A stretch of DNA of 32,000 nucleotides, from the NCBI RefSeq assembly GCF_000237865.1, contig NC_017457.1:68259-100258 (forward strand), in the 5' to 3' direction. Position 1 is the first letter of the stretch, and the number at the start of each line of letters is the position of its first letter. Under the pieces are notes generated by a model, which was not told the origin of the DNA, did not search any database, and saw nothing but the letters and a program-made list of their open reading frames with translations. Made by a program: the position numbers and the translations under genes. Positions 17,896 through 26,644 of the stretch are shown here, piece after piece. Source of the stretch: Haloquadratum walsbyi C23 (lineage in GTDB: Archaea; Halobacteriota; Halobacteria; Halobacteriales; Haloferacaceae).

Positions 17896-17953
17896 GTCAA
17901 GTGTGTCAAGTGAGTCGTTGATTTATATAACACACACACACCGTTTTTCACGG
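17896..17953. repeat. Left arm of a 58-nt origin-type inverted repeat (gtcaagtg units, tttatata, (ca)n, ccgtttttcacgg)
   Basis: By hand alignment, 52 of 58 positions match the reverse complement of 18241-18298. An additional gtcaagtga unit lies at 17887-17895. Confidence 0.85.
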
Positions 17954-18107
17954 ACGTATGTCTTGAGAGAGTGGGTGGCTGTTGGGACGCCGTGATCGGA
18001 GCCGTATCCGTGCATGTGTGGGAGGCAGTGGTTGTAGGGGTTGGCGGGAAGGAGGCGTGTTCACGACACGCCTCATGTTGTTTGTTCGCTCAATTTACTC
18101 AGTACGG

Positions 18108-18190
18108 TTATTATTGTATTTATTATTATATAAAGTTTTTGTCATATATATTTTACATAATTATATCAATATGTTATTGAGATGATAATA
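18108..18190. other. Extremely AT-rich block, candidate duplex-unwinding element of a replication origin
   Basis: Line 18121-18180 contains only 7 G+C out of 60 by hand count. The block sits between the two inverted-repeat arms next to orc1. Confidence 0.6.
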
Positions 18191-18240
18191 CCACCACTGA
18201 CAGCGACTAACATCTGACCCCACTGTTTCAGCGAGAGTCT

Positions 18241-18298
18241 CACTGAGAAACGGTGTGTGTGTGGTATATAAATGAACCACTCACTTGACACACTTGAC
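18241..18298. repeat. Right arm of the 58-nt origin-type inverted repeat (cactgagaaacgg-(tg)n-tatataaa-...cacttgac)
   Basis: It is the reverse complement of 17896-17953 with 6 mismatches. The cactgagaaacgg segment loosely resembles the archaeal ORB core (..CAGTGGAAAC..). Confidence 0.85.
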
Positions 18299-18404
18299 AG
18301 AATAAGATACGAATGACACACGTGACAAAATGTGTCTATAGCTAGTCATGATGTAACGTGATTTTCTCCGTATGCAACTTGATACCACCGTGTAAATCGG
18401 ACAC

Positions 18405-18608
18405 TCAGTGAAGTTGAGCAGTCATCTGTTGAATTCCGTAATACAAAACTGGACCCAATACAGCACTGAGAATAACTGTTCCAACGAGAGGGAGAATTCC
18501 TGTCGGATCGGGACTGAGTGCAATCAAGATGCTGAATCCACTAACCACGGCAATAAAAATAGATATGCCTACAAGCGCAGTCTGTGCCATATCGGAGCGT
18601 ACACTCAT
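18405..18608 (-). CDS. Small hypothetical two-TM membrane protein (67 aa)
   Basis: ATG at 18608 (MSVRSDMAQTALVGISIFIAVVSGFSILIAL..LPLVGTVILSAVLGPVLYY). No homology evidence. Confidence 0.4.
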   Translation of the reverse strand: MSVRSDMAQTALVGISIFIAVVSGFSILIALSPDPTGILPLVGTVILSAVLGPVLYYGIQQMTAQLH

Positions 18609-18986
18609 ATCCCTAATAAAACGGCATTTTCTATTTTCCCGCTGAGAAACTAATACCAATCGAACAATATCGTGTTTGTCACAGATGTCCCACAGTCTCA
18701 GAGTCGCTCAGAACACATTTCAGTATAGTAATACACATCATATTGCAAGAAATATTAGCATGCATACGCATCAGTATAGTTCGGGGAAAATGTAATTTAG
18801 ACTATTTAATACGGTGCTGTTTTTACTTCACTTTAGAAATAAAATCGCTCAGAGCTGTAATATGTATATATCTCATCACTACAGAAGCCTGGGCTGAGTA
18901 GCCCGTCAGTAAGTGGGATCAGGAGACTCCTGTGCAAGGCACAAGTATCTACAGATTCCATACAATGATATCATAGCCTCCAACGA

Positions 18987-21860
18987 ATGAGTTCACAAAC
19001 ATCTCCAAGTATCCAGCCAGGTGCCGTAGTCAAGAATCGAAACCGACTATGGAGAGTTGATTCCGTTGATGGAGACGTTGTCACAGCGACTCCCATAGAC
19101 GGGAGCACTGCCGACAAGCATCGGTTTTATATTCCGGTCGAGGATATCAGAGAGGGCAGTCTGAATCCGCCAGATTCTGAGAAACTCGGGAATCCTGAGT
19201 TTCAGCGGCTACTAAATCGGTCATATCGGCTTTCGATGCTACACGGGACAGCTCCACTCGTAAGCCTCCAACGGTCACGGGTTATCCCAACCGAGTACCA
19301 GCTTACTCCAGTTGTAATGTCTTTGGATATGCCCCGTGTCCGAATGCTGCTGGCTGACGACGTCGGTCTAGGGAAAACCATTGAAGCAGGCCTCATCACC
19401 AGCGAACTGATGGCCCGCAACAAAGCGGATCGTATTCTCATAATTACGCCTGCGAATCTCCGAGACCAGTGGCGTGAAGCGTTTACCTACTTCTTCCACA
19501 TTGATGCGGATATTATCAGCCGCCGCCATCGAAAGGCGATGGAAAAGGAAATCCCACCAGGAACTAGTCCGTGGGAGCATTTTTCGAAACTCATTGTCAG
19601 TATCGACTACGCCAAACAAAATAGCGTTCGACACGAGATTCTGGATCAAGAGTGGGATCTCGTCATTATTGATGAGGCACACCAAGCGGCGAAACCGCAT
19701 GAATCCGGGGCAAACGAAACCGTCGATATGCAACGCTGGGACTTTGCGACCGATATCACCGACCACGCTGAACACTGTCTCCTCCTGACGGCTACGCCCC
19801 ACAACGGCTACACGGATTCGTTTGCGAGCTTGATTCGGATGCTTGACGTCGACGCAGTATCTGGTCCTCGACATGACCCTACCGTTCACCGAGATATCGC
19901 CCGAAAGCATGTTGTCCAACGACGGCGGGACGATGTCAAGCGATGGTTCTCTGACAGCGACGGTCAAAGTCCCTTCCCAAAGCGAGATCAAGACGAAGTA
20001 CGGGTTACGCCGACAGCATACGAGGAAGAGACATACGATGCCGTCCGAGAGTATGGAGAGCTGTTGATGTCCTCCGCACAACGGTCAAGCTCCAAGAGCC
20101 AGACGCTGGCTCGTTGGTCAGTCATCCACTTCCTGAAGCGAGCATTAAGTAGCCCCGAAGCGCTCCGCCGATCGATAAAAAACCGTCAGGAAAAGCTCGA
20201 AGGTCGGCTGGATGAACTTGACGAGGAGGATACCCAGACTGTAATCGAAGAGACAGCAGGAGTCTCCGAGTCGATGGCTCAGGCGAATGCACTTGACGAC
20301 GATCCTGGTGAAGAGTACAGTGAAGAGGAGGTCGGAGAACGGGTCGAGCGGGTCGTCACGGGTGATAAAGCCGCTATCGAACAGGAACTGGAGGTTCTCG
20401 AAGATGTTGCAGAAAAGGCGGAGCGGGTCACCAAAACCCGTGATGCAAAGTTACAGCGGCTTCTCGACGAAACTCTACCCCAGCGGTTCCAATACCCTCG
20501 TGTCATCATATTTACAAAGTACGTGGATACGCTGGAGTATCTCGAAGAGCAGATCAAGGATTCGCAGGGTGATGAGACCGAAGTCTTCACTCTCCACGGG
20601 TCTCTAAATGAGGCACAACGGAAGGAGCGGTTCAAAGAGTTTGAAGAATCTACACGGGGCGTTCTCATCGCCACTGACGTCATCAGCGAAGGGATGAACC
20701 TCCAACACGCCGCAAACCAAATTATTCACTACGAGCTGCCGTGGAACCCGAACAGATTGGAACAGCGGAACGGTCGAATCGACCGATATGGGCAGGAGAA
20801 CGACGAGGTCGTCATCCGGACGATGGTCGTCGAGGATCAGATGGACGTGGCTATTCTCGAAAAACTCGTCCAGAAAGCGAACAACATCAGGCAGGAGTAC
20901 GGGTTCTCACCACCGTACTTCGGCGACGACGAAGGGATCCTCGAACTGCTCAAAGACGAGGGAATCGACGCTGGCGTTCCACAGGCAACACTAGAAGAGT
21001 TCGGCGGCTCCGCACCAGCGGAGCGTGAGAGTGCGAGTGTCTTTGACGACCAGACACTTGACCGAATTAAATCCGAATCGTTCTACGGGCATACTGAAGT
21101 CGGCCTACAGGAGGTTCAAAAGCGTCAAGAAGAGACCCACCAGCGAATCGGCGGGCAGGGCACGTTAGAGCAGTTCGTCAAGAGTGGTCTGAACCTGTTC
21201 AATTGCTCGTACGAGATGAACGTCCAAGGGCACCTCAACATCGAGGTTACTGCTGATCGACTTCAATCACCGGACATCAAACGTGAGTACGAGGACGTGA
21301 CGTTCGATCCCAACGAGGCGTCCCAGTCATCGGATGCGGAGATGCTTGACATCGCCCATCCGCTCGTACAACGGCTCATCGAAGCCGTCAAAGAGACAGC
21401 GTTGACCGATGAGAACCGCTACGGGCGGACAGCAATACGGGGAACCGATGAGGTGAGGGAGCCGACAGCAGTGTATACAGCACTGGTTCGATACGTGGCA
21501 GACACCCAGCCCGATCCGACGATTATGGAGGAGTTGGTACAGGTCGGGTTGCCAATCTACGGGGACAAGCCACTTGAGCAAGATACCGTTGAGGCTTTAG
21601 AGGAGAGTGAAGCCAAACCGGTTCAGCGCACATCGATGGAGAAGGAAGACGAACTCAGAGCGGCACTCGGACACGGAGCGTTCGAACAGACGCTACAACG
21701 GCGAGCAGAACAGCGGCGGGACAAGATTGTCGAACAGCGGACCGAGATGCGAGCGGAGCTTGAGAAATCCGGAAGTGGAAGCTGGCTGTCCGGGATTGAT
21801 GACGTCGAGATTGCGAGCAAAGATCTGCTGACTGTCACCATCTATTATGGGAGCAACTAA
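18987..21860 (+). CDS. SNF2/RapA-family helicase (DrmD-like)
   Basis: 957 aa. Motif I LADDVGLGKT (19356-19379). Motif II IIDEAHQ (DEAH at 19671-19682). Motif III LLLTATPHNG. C-terminal lobe FTLHGSL..., ATDVISEGMNLQ, and motif VI WNPNRLEQRNGRIDRYGQ. Small N-terminal beta-rich domain (GAVVKNRNRLWRVDSVDGDVVTATPIDG). Confidence 0.92.
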   Translation: MSSQTSPSIQPGAVVKNRNRLWRVDSVDGDVVTATPIDGSTADKHRFYIPVEDIREGSLNPPDSEKLGNPEFQRLLNRSYRLSMLHGTAPLVSLQRSRVIPTEYQLTPVVMSLDMPRVRMLLADDVGLGKTIEAGLITSELMARNKADRILIITPANLRDQWREAFTYFFHIDADIISRRHRKAMEKEIPPGTSPWEHFSKLIVSIDYAKQNSVRHEILDQEWDLVIIDEAHQAAKPHESGANETVDMQRWDFATDITDHAEHCLLLTATPHNGYTDSFASLIRMLDVDAVSGPRHDPTVHRDIARKHVVQRRRDDVKRWFSDSDGQSPFPKRDQDEVRVTPTAYEEETYDAVREYGELLMSSAQRSSSKSQTLARWSVIHFLKRALSSPEALRRSIKNRQEKLEGRLDELDEEDTQTVIEETAGVSESMAQANALDDDPGEEYSEEEVGERVERVVTGDKAAIEQELEVLEDVAEKAERVTKTRDAKLQRLLDETLPQRFQYPRVIIFTKYVDTLEYLEEQIKDSQGDETEVFTLHGSLNEAQRKERFKEFEESTRGVLIATDVISEGMNLQHAANQIIHYELPWNPNRLEQRNGRIDRYGQENDEVVIRTMVVEDQMDVAILEKLVQKANNIRQEYGFSPPYFGDDEGILELLKDEGIDAGVPQATLEEFGGSAPAERESASVFDDQTLDRIKSESFYGHTEVGLQEVQKRQEETHQRIGGQGTLEQFVKSGLNLFNCSYEMNVQGHLNIEVTADRLQSPDIKREYEDVTFDPNEASQSSDAEMLDIAHPLVQRLIEAVKETALTDENRYGRTAIRGTDEVREPTAVYTALVRYVADTQPDPTIMEELVQVGLPIYGDKPLEQDTVEALEESEAKPVQRTSMEKEDELRAALGHGAFEQTLQRRAEQRRDKIVEQRTEMRAELEKSGSGSWLSGIDDVEIASKDLLTVTIYYGSN

Positions 21861-21862
21861 CG

Positions 21863-24800
21863 ATGAGTATCGATACACCCTCTACCGACGCTGAAATCGA
21901 ATCGAGTTCCGATACGCCACGAACCGGATCAACGACATTCATTAATACGAGCGGCGGTCTCCTCACCGAGGAACTGGTTGGCAAAGTCCGTCAACGTCAG
22001 TGCGGAGAGTCTGCCGTCCGACCGGAGACCTTTGCGTTACCGAACACGGAGCCGCCCGAAGAGGCGGACATCGAAGCAGAGATCGGGAATACGTGGAACA
22101 CGCTTCGGGAGCGATGGGACGAGCTGACTATGGACGAGACACTATTCCATATGGACGTCTCGGACGCTCGCAACAAGTGGATTCTCAAGCTATTCCGAAA
22201 CCTTGGCTTCGAGCCGGTCTTCCAGCGTGAGAATCTCGAAGCGGGCGGCATCGAGGCGAACCTCTCTCATAAGGGATGGCCGGACGGCGAGATCGAAAAC
22301 TATGGTGAACTGGAGGGGCGGACGGCTCCAATCATTCATACCGTTAAGCCGGAACAGAAGCTGGATCAAAAACCCGAAAATGCTCCTCGTGGAAGAAAAA
22401 GTCCACATGACACGCTCCAGGAGTTCCTAAATGCCAGCGACGAACATGACTGGGCTGTCGTAACAAACGGGCTGACGCTCCGAGTTCTTCGGGATTTCTA
22501 TCACACGTACACCCGTGGATACGTGGAGTTCGATCTGGAGAATATATTTACGACCCGGAATTACGGGGACTTCCGGGGACTCTACCGGCTCTGCCACGCT
22601 ACACGGTTCATCGATCCGATCGTAGCCGATGAAGAGGAGGATGATATTGAGACTCCTCTGGAGCAGCTCTACCAGGTCGCTCTGTCTACTGGGGTCAAGG
22701 TTGGTCAAGATCTCCAATCCAACGTCGTAAGCGCCATCGAGACGCTGGGGACCGGGCTACTCAACCAGGAGATTCGGGAGTTCCTCAAAGAAGGTGGAGA
22801 AGAGGAAGCCAAAGAGTACTATCAGGAGGTCCTTCTCTTGGTATATCGCCTGCTTTTCCTGATGTATGCAGAGCAGCGGGGGATGATGGCGTCACGTGAT
22901 AGCCTGTACACCAACGAGTATAGCATCACGAACCTCCGTAGAAAAGCCGAAAACCGTCGAAGCGGGAGTGACCGAAATACTGATCTTTGGCACGGCTTAC
23001 AGTCCACGTTCCGTCTCGTCGAGAAGGGTGACGACGAACTCGGCGTCCCTTGTTACAATGGAATGCTCTTCGACTCGAACCGGTTTGAATGGGTGTCCGA
23101 AGCCGAGTGTTTCAACGATGATCTCTTGGATGCAATTGAGGATCTCACCCTCATTGAGCACGAGGGCACTCGCCAACGAATCTCGTACGCCGACCTCGGT
23201 GTTGAGGAGATTGGGTCTGTCTACGAGAGTCTGCTCGAGTTTACACCGAGGCTTGCATCTGAAGTAATTGAATTGGAAGACAGAACGATTACTCGTGGTA
23301 AGTTCTATCTCGACGACCGGGGGACCGAGCGAAAAGAGACCGGGAGCTACTATACTGATCCGGGATTAGTTCAAGAACTTATTCAGAGCTCGCTGGAACC
23401 CGTCGTTGAAGATCGTATGGAAAACGCTGTCACGACTCCGGAACAGGAAGAAGCCCTCCTCGACATCTCTGTCTGCGATCCAGCAAGCGGAAGTGGTGCG
23501 TTCCTGATCGCCGCCAACAATTTCTTAGCACAGCGACTCGCTCGCATTCGATCTGACAGTGACTATCCGCCTGGAGACAAGATTCGTGAGGCACGCAGAG
23601 ATGTCCTCCAGCACTGTATCTATGCAGTCGACCTCAATCCAATGGCCGTCGAATTGGCAAAGGTCAGTCTCTGGATAAACTCTGCTGTAGAAGACAAGCC
23701 GCTAAACTTTCTTGATCACCGTATCAAACAAGGAAATTCGCTTGTTGGGACAAATAGAGATCTAATTAATCGAGGCGTTCCTGCTGATGCCTATGAGACA
23801 TCGAAGGGTCGTGACTGGCACATTGGCAATGAAATAAGGAAACGTGTCCGTCAAGAAAATAGCGAACTGAATGATAATAACCAACAGATTCGGCTTGATA
23901 CTCAGTGGGATGACCGTCAGGAAGATTATGTAAGTCTTGCAGAACAGTTGGATCAATTAGAGGAATCTGAGGTCAAGAATATAAATAAGAAACAAAAAAT
24001 CTACAATGATCTCCGTGAGAGTGAAAATTTCCAGCGGGAGAAACTTGCCCATGACGTATGGACGGCAGCATTTTATTGGCCGCTCGATGGTTCTGCAGAA
24101 GAATATCCAACGCCGAATATAATCGAACAGATTCGTCGAAATCCGCCGACACCATCCAACAGTTCTCTTTCTGAACTAACTGGGTTACAGGCTGTGCGTG
24201 AACGTGCAACTCAACTCGCAGAGAAGGAGTCGTTCTTCCATTGGAAGCTCGAATTTCCAGAGGTATATGCAGCTGGTGGATTTGATTGTATCATCGGCAA
24301 CCCTCCCTGGGAGATCGTAGAATTTGAAGAAAGAGAATTCTTTGCCGTCCAGGCACCTCATATCGCAGATGCAAGCACTCAGAGCGAGAGGAGAGAACTC
24401 ATTTCAGAATTGGAAAAAACGGATCCGGAGCTCTATTCTGAGTACCAGTCTGCAGTGAACCGTATGGAAAGTCGTGTCCGGTTCCTGAAAGAGAGTGGGC
24501 GATACGAACTTACAGGGACTGGCCATGTCAATACATACTCAACTTTTACTGAACACGCTTTATCGAACATCAACAACTATGGACGGTGTGGAATCATCGT
24601 CCCACAGGGTATTGCAACAGATTCAAACACTCAAGAATTCTTCCAGCATATCGTAGAAAAGCGTCGGCTTATCTCCCTCTTAGGCTTCGAAAACCGAAGT
24701 CAATTATTCCCAGATGTAGACGGCCGGTTTAATTTTTGTCTACTGACTCTGAGCGGTCGAAAAGAGACGCAAGAAAAGTTTGAGCTTGCATTTTATTTGA

Positions 24801-25915
24801 CCGAAATTGATCAATTACAAGACGAACAACGTCGGTTCAATTTGTCCAAACGAGACATCAAAACGATTAATCCTAACACAAAGACTTGCCCAACATTCCA
24901 AAACAGAGAAGATGCCAATCTTACCCTCAATATCCACAGAAGAACAGATATATTAAAAAAAGAAGCGGATGGATCCGGAAATCAGTGGGATATTTCGTTA
25001 GAGAGGATGTTCCACATGTCAAATGACTCTGGACTTTTTGAAACCTCCTCTACTCTTCAACAAGACGGTTTTGAATTGTCTGGGAATATTTTCGTTAAAG
25101 ATGATTTGAAGTATTTGCCGGTGTATGAGGCAAAATATATTCATCAGCATGATCACAGATTTGCCACTTATGAGGGGATAGAAAACGCTCCAGATGAAAA
25201 ACCACGAAAGCTATCGCCGGAAAAAAAAGATGTGGAAAATAAGCGAGTTATCCCTCGTTATTGGATAAAAGAAGACGAATACAAATCTCAAGAATACGAA
25301 GATTGGCATCTCTTGCTGAGAGCTATTACAAACGCCACAAATGAACGAACAGTAATTGCTTCACTTGCCCCTTCAACACCAACTGTCAACAGCGTCAACC
25401 ATGTCTTGGGAGTTTCCGCACCGGATGGACTAATTCTATCTTCATGCTTGAATTCTTATGTTCTGGACTTTGTTGCCCGTCAGAAAGTTGGAGGTACTAA
25501 CCTGAGCCAGTTCATAATAAAGCAACTACCAGTACCTACACCAGAGAAAGCCAATCAAATACAACTAGATAATAACCCAATACGGAAGGCAATCTTAGAA
25601 CGTGCGGAAAAGCTAATATACACAGGATCTGATCTTTCTTCTATCGGATCTGAGCTAAATAACGACTCTGATCCTTACCAATTTACTGAGCCAGATGGGA
25701 AGAAGCGAGAAGAGGTCAGGTATGAATTAGAAGCGTTAATTTGCCATCTCTATGGGATTCATTCGGAGGAATTCAAACCTCTATTTGACTCTTTTAAGCA
25801 GATCAAACAACGTGATCAGCAAAAGTATGGCTACTATCGCACCCGTGATGAAATTAAACGCAGATTTGATGACTTAGCACCCAGAATCACGTATGAATCA
25901 AAGTCGGAACAATAG
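21863..25915 (+). CDS. Large gamma-class N6-adenine DNA methyltransferase (Eco57I/Type IIG-like, DrmMI/PglX-like architecture)
   Basis: 1350 aa. The ATG is 2 nt after the SNF2 stop. AdoMet motif I VCDPASGSGAFL (23477-23506). Catalytic motif IV IIGNPPWE (NPPW at 24299-24310). N-terminal HsdR_N-like fold (..APIIHTVKPEQ..HDWAVVTNGLTLRVLRD). The long C-terminal half is presumably a target-recognition region. Confidence 0.92.
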   Translation: MSIDTPSTDAEIESSSDTPRTGSTTFINTSGGLLTEELVGKVRQRQCGESAVRPETFALPNTEPPEEADIEAEIGNTWNTLRERWDELTMDETLFHMDVSDARNKWILKLFRNLGFEPVFQRENLEAGGIEANLSHKGWPDGEIENYGELEGRTAPIIHTVKPEQKLDQKPENAPRGRKSPHDTLQEFLNASDEHDWAVVTNGLTLRVLRDFYHTYTRGYVEFDLENIFTTRNYGDFRGLYRLCHATRFIDPIVADEEEDDIETPLEQLYQVALSTGVKVGQDLQSNVVSAIETLGTGLLNQEIREFLKEGGEEEAKEYYQEVLLLVYRLLFLMYAEQRGMMASRDSLYTNEYSITNLRRKAENRRSGSDRNTDLWHGLQSTFRLVEKGDDELGVPCYNGMLFDSNRFEWVSEAECFNDDLLDAIEDLTLIEHEGTRQRISYADLGVEEIGSVYESLLEFTPRLASEVIELEDRTITRGKFYLDDRGTERKETGSYYTDPGLVQELIQSSLEPVVEDRMENAVTTPEQEEALLDISVCDPASGSGAFLIAANNFLAQRLARIRSDSDYPPGDKIREARRDVLQHCIYAVDLNPMAVELAKVSLWINSAVEDKPLNFLDHRIKQGNSLVGTNRDLINRGVPADAYETSKGRDWHIGNEIRKRVRQENSELNDNNQQIRLDTQWDDRQEDYVSLAEQLDQLEESEVKNINKKQKIYNDLRESENFQREKLAHDVWTAAFYWPLDGSAEEYPTPNIIEQIRRNPPTPSNSSLSELTGLQAVRERATQLAEKESFFHWKLEFPEVYAAGGFDCIIGNPPWEIVEFEEREFFAVQAPHIADASTQSERRELISELEKTDPELYSEYQSAVNRMESRVRFLKESGRYELTGTGHVNTYSTFTEHALSNINNYGRCGIIVPQGIATDSNTQEFFQHIVEKRRLISLLGFENRSQLFPDVDGRFNFCLLTLSGRKETQEKFELAFYLTEIDQLQDEQRRFNLSKRDIKTINPNTKTCPTFQNREDANLTLNIHRRTDILKKEADGSGNQWDISLERMFHMSNDSGLFETSSTLQQDGFELSGNIFVKDDLKYLPVYEAKYIHQHDHRFATYEGIENAPDEKPRKLSPEKKDVENKRVIPRYWIKEDEYKSQEYEDWHLLLRAITNATNERTVIASLAPSTPTVNSVNHVLGVSAPDGLILSSCLNSYVLDFVARQKVGGTNLSQFIIKQLPVPTPEKANQIQLDNNPIRKAILERAEKLIYTGSDLSSIGSELNNDSDPYQFTEPDGKKREEVRYELEALICHLYGIHSEEFKPLFDSFKQIKQRDQQKYGYYRTRDEIKRRFDDLAPRITYESKSEQ

Positions 25916-25947
25916 GTTCATGTCTGAATTAATTTATTATGCTCGTC

Positions 25948-25954
25948 TTTTTTT
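25948..25954 (+). terminator. T7 tract, a candidate archaeal intrinsic terminator after the methylase gene
   Basis: The ctcgtctttttttcg run of 7 T lies about 33 nt downstream of the stop at 25915. Archaeal termination commonly uses oligo-T tracts. Not tested. Confidence 0.3.
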
Positions 25955-26233
25955 CGTGAACAGAATATGTCAAAATAAATGAGTCAGACTGGTTGGATAA
26001 AAATCCAAATCTGACTGAATACCGGATTAGGTAGGAAAATCACCCCTGGAATAGGGACTCAATTTCGTTGAAAAATTCTGTAAATACGGTTTTGATTATA
26101 TTTGAATCATTTAATCCAGTATGTAGTATTTTTCCGAAGAAAATATAGTAAACGTTCAGAATCAGGGTTCGGAGAGTAATAGAGACAAGGCATAACCTTC
26201 GGATCATAACTGGCTTTCTGGTCATCGAAATAA

Positions 26234-26578
26234 TTATTCAATTGATATACAGTCCCTATCGAACTTATCTAAGTACACCAGACTTCTGAATTCAAATTCA
26301 AAATCGGCAACATTGTCAATAGTAATGAAACTATTTATGCTCTTGATTAACTCGTCATGGGTTAACCAGAGTTCTTGTTCACCGCTCGCTCCAGCGATGT
26401 CGGACTTTCCTGATCCGAAAAGTAACACTGTCGGACTATCTGGAGTGAATTCTAATTTGAACGTATGATGGTATTCTGGTTGATATTGTTGCTCGTGAGC
26501 GTCTAGATCTCCATGTAGTACAGCTAAATCTAACTCCTAATTAATATCGCCCCTACCAACCGGACTAACGAGCTCCAT
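26234..26578 (-). pseudogene. Antisense ORF with an in-frame TAG (codon 14), divergent from the helicase gene; decayed gene of unknown function
   Basis: The ATG at 26578 gives MELVSPVGRGDIN, then a TAG at 26537-26539. The same frame continues ELDLAVLHGDLDAHEQQYQPEYHHTFKLEFTPDSPTVLLFGSGKSD...CISIE, reaching the track ORF 26234..26428. The product is acidic and protein-like, but no domain is recognised. Confidence 0.3.
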
Positions 26579-26644
26579 GTCCTACCTATCATACTCAGTT
26601 CTCTTATGAAAAAACGTTTACAGCTTCCCATTAATAAGCAGAAT

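Noticed and set aside
17887-17916. Tandem gtcaagtg(a/t) units, and repeats generally, considered as a CRISPR array.
   Set aside because: The units are only 9-10 bp, directly abutting with no spacers, and present in only 2-3 copies. They are part of the origin inverted repeat. No 25-40 bp repeat/spacer periodicity exists anywhere in the window.
26606-26644. The ATG at 26606 (MKKRLQLPINKQN...) as the helicase start.
   Set aside because: The 13-aa extension is basic and AT-rich, unlike the rest of the protein. The ATG at 26645 (MSSRLNPFDALD) gives a more typical N-terminus. The choice remains uncertain without TSS or proteomic data.
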